64,000 nucleotides of DNA from Nitrosospira sp. (lineage in GTDB: Bacteria > Pseudomonadota > Gammaproteobacteria > Burkholderiales > Nitrosomonadaceae). The notes under the pieces are model-generated. The model worked only from the letters and a program-made list of their open reading frames with translations, was not told where the DNA came from and made no database searches. The stretch's first letter is position 1; each line of letters starts with the position of its first letter. Of this stretch, positions 61,657 to 64,000 are shown piece by piece. The position numbers and the translations under genes are program-made. Where the stretch lies: contig JACDSH010000015.1 of assembly GCA_013450215.1 (NCBI GenBank), positions 43,481-107,480 of the forward strand, read 5' to 3'.

Positions 61657-62072
61657 TTTGACCTGGCTAGCAGTCCGACTTTTTTCACTTGCTGCTGCTG
61701 CAAAATATCCATTACGTTCATCACTTCTTCATACCGCACGCTCTTGTCGGCAGCAATCACAACCGGTTGATCCGCGTTTTCAGACTGTTTTTGCTTGATT
61801 GTTTCAACCAATTGGGCGCGGCTGACGATCTGTTCAGTGCCCGCTTTGTCGCGGTCACGCAGAGTCAGTGTGCCGTCCGCCCTGATGACCACCTCCAGTG
61901 GAGCTGCTGGAGGTGTTAGAGATTTACCGATCTGCGGCAGCTCAATCTGTCCGGGGCTGATGAGTGGCGCAGTAATCATGAAAATAACCAGCAGCACCAA
62001 CATCACGTCGATATATGGAACGACGTTGATCTCGTTCATCTGACGGCGCTTGTTACGTCGCTCAGCCATCAT
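61653..62072 (-). CDS. tolR: TolR (ExbD/TolR family)
   Basis: 139 aa. EINVVPYIDVMLVLLVIFM motif. Confidence 0.92.
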   Translation of the reverse strand: MMAERRNKRRQMNEINVVPYIDVMLVLLVIFMITAPLISPGQIELPQIGKSLTPPAAPLEVVIRADGTLTLRDRDKAGTEQIVSRAQLVETIKQKQSENADQPVVIAADKSVRYEEVMNVMDILQQQQVKKVGLLARSK

Positions 62073-62096
62073 GTAATCCCCATAAAACCATTCCCA

Positions 62097-62780
62097 TCAA
62101 GCTGTTTGCCGCTGAAGCACATTGGACAGCTCTTCCATAAAACTCTCAAAACGGGTTGCCAACCTGTCGACATCATGCGCGTATCGGTTGTAAGCAATGA
62201 CCGCTGGAATTGCAGCAAATAGTCCCATCGCAGTCGCAATCAGCGCCTCTGCAATGCCGGGAGCGACATGTGCAATCGTAGCCTGAGTGACGTTAGATAA
62301 TCCACGAAAAGAGTTCATGATTCCCCAAACCGTGCCAAACAGACCAACGTAGGGGCTCACCGACCCCACTGTTGCCAGAAAAGATAGGTGCGATTCAAGC
62401 CCATCCATCTCCCGCTGGTACGTCGCTCGCATTGCTCTTCGCGTACCATCCATCACCGTACTAATATCTATTCCTGCTTGGCGCTTATTCTTAATAAACT
62501 CGCGAAACCCGGCCTCAAAGATCCGCTCCATGCTGCCCTTCGAATTGCGTGTGTTGCCGGCATTTTGGTAGAGCTTGTTAAGGTCAGGGCCCTTCCAGAA
62601 CATATCTTCAAACTCATCGCTCTGCTTCGTCGCCTGCCGTATGGCGAACATCTTACGAAAAATAAACCACCACGACATAAATGAGGTCAGCAGTAACAAC
62701 ACCATCACTAATTGTACTGGCAAGCTCGCACTGCTAATTAGGTAGAAGATAGACATATCTTGTGTAACTGATGCATTCAT
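62097..62780 (-). CDS. tolQ: TolQ (MotA/TolQ/ExbB proton channel)
   Basis: 227 aa with three TM helices. GLFGTVWGIM...IAEALIATA.GL motif. Confidence 0.94.
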   Translation of the reverse strand: MNASVTQDMSIFYLISSASLPVQLVMVLLLLTSFMSWWFIFRKMFAIRQATKQSDEFEDMFWKGPDLNKLYQNAGNTRNSKGSMERIFEAGFREFIKNKRQAGIDISTVMDGTRRAMRATYQREMDGLESHLSFLATVGSVSPYVGLFGTVWGIMNSFRGLSNVTQATIAHVAPGIAEALIATAMGLFAAIPAVIAYNRYAHDVDRLATRFESFMEELSNVLQRQTA

Positions 62781-63232
62781 AATATTTTCCCAAGTTTGTG
62801 CCGTAGTGGCACTGGCACGCTCACCGGCTTCAGAGTATCAACACCCACACATACTGCATTAACAACAGCACCCGCTAGCAAAGTCTGGCCACGCAACACT
62901 TCTTGGCAGAGAGTTAGTCTGCTTCTGCCCAACTCCTTCACCTTCACGCTCACTTGCAACGAATCGTCCAGCAGCGCTGGCTTGAAGTACTCAATACTGA
63001 GTGAACGTATCATGAATATCACCTTGTTTACTTGAACTAGGGAGTGAATATCAAACCCCATTTCACGTAACCATTCGTAGCGCGCGCGCTCCATAAAATT
63101 AAGATAATTCGAATGATAGACCACCCCTCCCGCGTCTGTATCCTGATAATAAACACGTACAGGAAGAGAAAAGGCAGCCGTTGTAATCACCTCTCCACCA
63201 CCAGTCTGAGTGCAAATATCAGCATCCATCAA
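62777..63232 (-). CDS. ybgC: Tol-Pal-associated acyl-CoA thioesterase (4HBT hotdog)
   Basis: VYYQDTDAGGVVYHSNY catalytic Asp block. ATGA overlap with tolQ. The true start is possibly downstream of 63232. Confidence 0.88.
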   Translation of the reverse strand: MMDADICTQTGGGEVITTAAFSLPVRVYYQDTDAGGVVYHSNYLNFMERARYEWLREMGFDIHSLVQVNKVIFMIRSLSIEYFKPALLDDSLQVSVKVKELGRSRLTLCQEVLRGQTLLAGAVVNAVCVGVDTLKPVSVPVPLRHKLGKIL

Positions 63233-63244
63233 TTGGAAAGACCC

Positions 63245-64000
63245 TCAATTCCCATCCCATAACTCTCCGCTCAAACCATTCTTCGGCAATGCCATGCAGA
63301 AATGCTGGTAAGCGATCACTGTGGCCATCCGCCCACGCGGAGTCCGCTTTAGGTAACCTTGCTGGATCAGATAAGGCTCTAGTACGTCTTCAATAGTGCC
63401 GCGCTCTTCACTAATGGCCGCTGCGAGATTATCCACCCCCACCGGGCCTCCTCCAAACTTTTCCATTACCGCCAATAATAATTTCCTATCCATTACATCT
63501 AATCCGGCAATGTCGACATCCAGCATGATCAGGGCCGCATCCGCCACCGGGCGAGTGATCCGCCCCTCCGCCTTGACCTCAGCAAAGTCTCGCACCCGCC
63601 TCAAAAGACGGTTAACAATTCGGGGGGTGCCTCGAGAACGTTGGGCGATCTCTATCGCCCCGTCGGACGAAATTTCTACATTAAGTAATCCTGCTGAACG
63701 CGTGACGATGCGGGTTAGTTCCTCTACAGAATAAAACTCCAGACGAGAGATAATCCCGAATCGATCCCGCAACGGGTTGGTCAACATGCCTGCACGGGTA
63801 GTTGCCCCTACCAGTGTGAACGGCGGCAGATCTAACTTGACGGATCGCGCAGCGGGACCTTCACCAATCATGATGTCGAGCTGATAGTCTTCCAGGGCCG
63901 GATAAAGAATCTCTTCTACTACCGGAGATAAGCGATGGATCTCGTCGATGAAAAGAACGTCGTTGGTCTCAAGATTGGTCAGGAGTGCCGCCAGATCACC
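63245..64000 (-). CDS. ruvB: Holliday junction branch-migration helicase RuvB; 5' end is off-window
   Basis: Frame is open to the window edge. Walker [12 protein letters not shown], sensor/Arg-finger region [19 protein letters not shown]-terminal winged helix. Confidence 0.95.
   Translation of the reverse strand, partial: GDLAALLTNLETNDVLFIDEIHRLSPVVEEILYPALEDYQLDIMIGEGPAARSVKLDLPPFTLVGATTRAGMLTNPLRDRFGIISRLEFYSVEELTRIVTRSAGLLNVEISSDGAIEIAQRSRGTPRIVNRLLRRVRDFAEVKAEGRITRPVADAALIMLDVDIAGLDVMDRKLLLAVMEKFGGGPVGVDNLAAAISEERGTIEDVLEPYLIQQGYLKRTPRGRMATVIAYQHFCMALPKNGLSGELWDGN

Noticed and set aside
56750-63232. queE-queC appended to the ybgC-tolQRAB-pal-cpoB cluster as something unusual
   Set aside because: From memory, the same order occurs in other proteobacteria, for example Pseudomonas. 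It is conserved synteny, not a novelty.

Overview
This is a compact, almost fully coding 64-kb stretch of a betaproteobacterial chromosome, roughly 50% GC by eye. Nearly all of it is core housekeeping: glmU-glmS, ubiC-ubiA-ubiD, hda, purM-purN, thiD-thiE-hemL, tRNA-Phe/hemA-prfA-prmC, ilvD, lgt, fumC, nadE-glnB, tsaE-amiC, queG, ybgC-tolQRAB-pal-cpoB-queE-queC and ruvB. A cytochrome P460, c4 and c-551/552-type cytochromes, a rubredoxin and a CADD-type protein suggest a Nitrosomonadales-like ammonia oxidiser or a close relative; this is inference only. I call 69 CDS (2 truncated by the window edges), 1 tRNA, 2 decayed genes, 4 terminator-like hairpins and a few repeats or regulatory candidates. 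I see no transposase, integrase, phage, CRISPR, toxin-antitoxin or recognisable defence genes. I could not identify a convincing new multi-gene system. The findings worth a second look are modest: (1) a CADD/heme-oxygenase-like probable non-canonical pABA synthase; (2) a cytochrome P460 locus with a perfect 11-6-11 palindrome, an 11-bp tandem repeat and a 16-bp hairpin; (3) an orphan FecCD permease translationally chained to ubiC-ubiA; (4) an orphan GlcF-like Fe-S protein in front of coq7; (5) a small acidic protein coupled by ATGA to a patatin-like lipase; (6) an atypical orphan pilin next to a MacAB-like pump; (7) two pseudogenes; (8) a G9 tract upstream of a DUF218 gene. Start codons that differ from the ORF track are my own judgement, based on RBS, overlaps and homolog N-termini. 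The track treats TTG and GTG as M. Everything was read by eye without tools.
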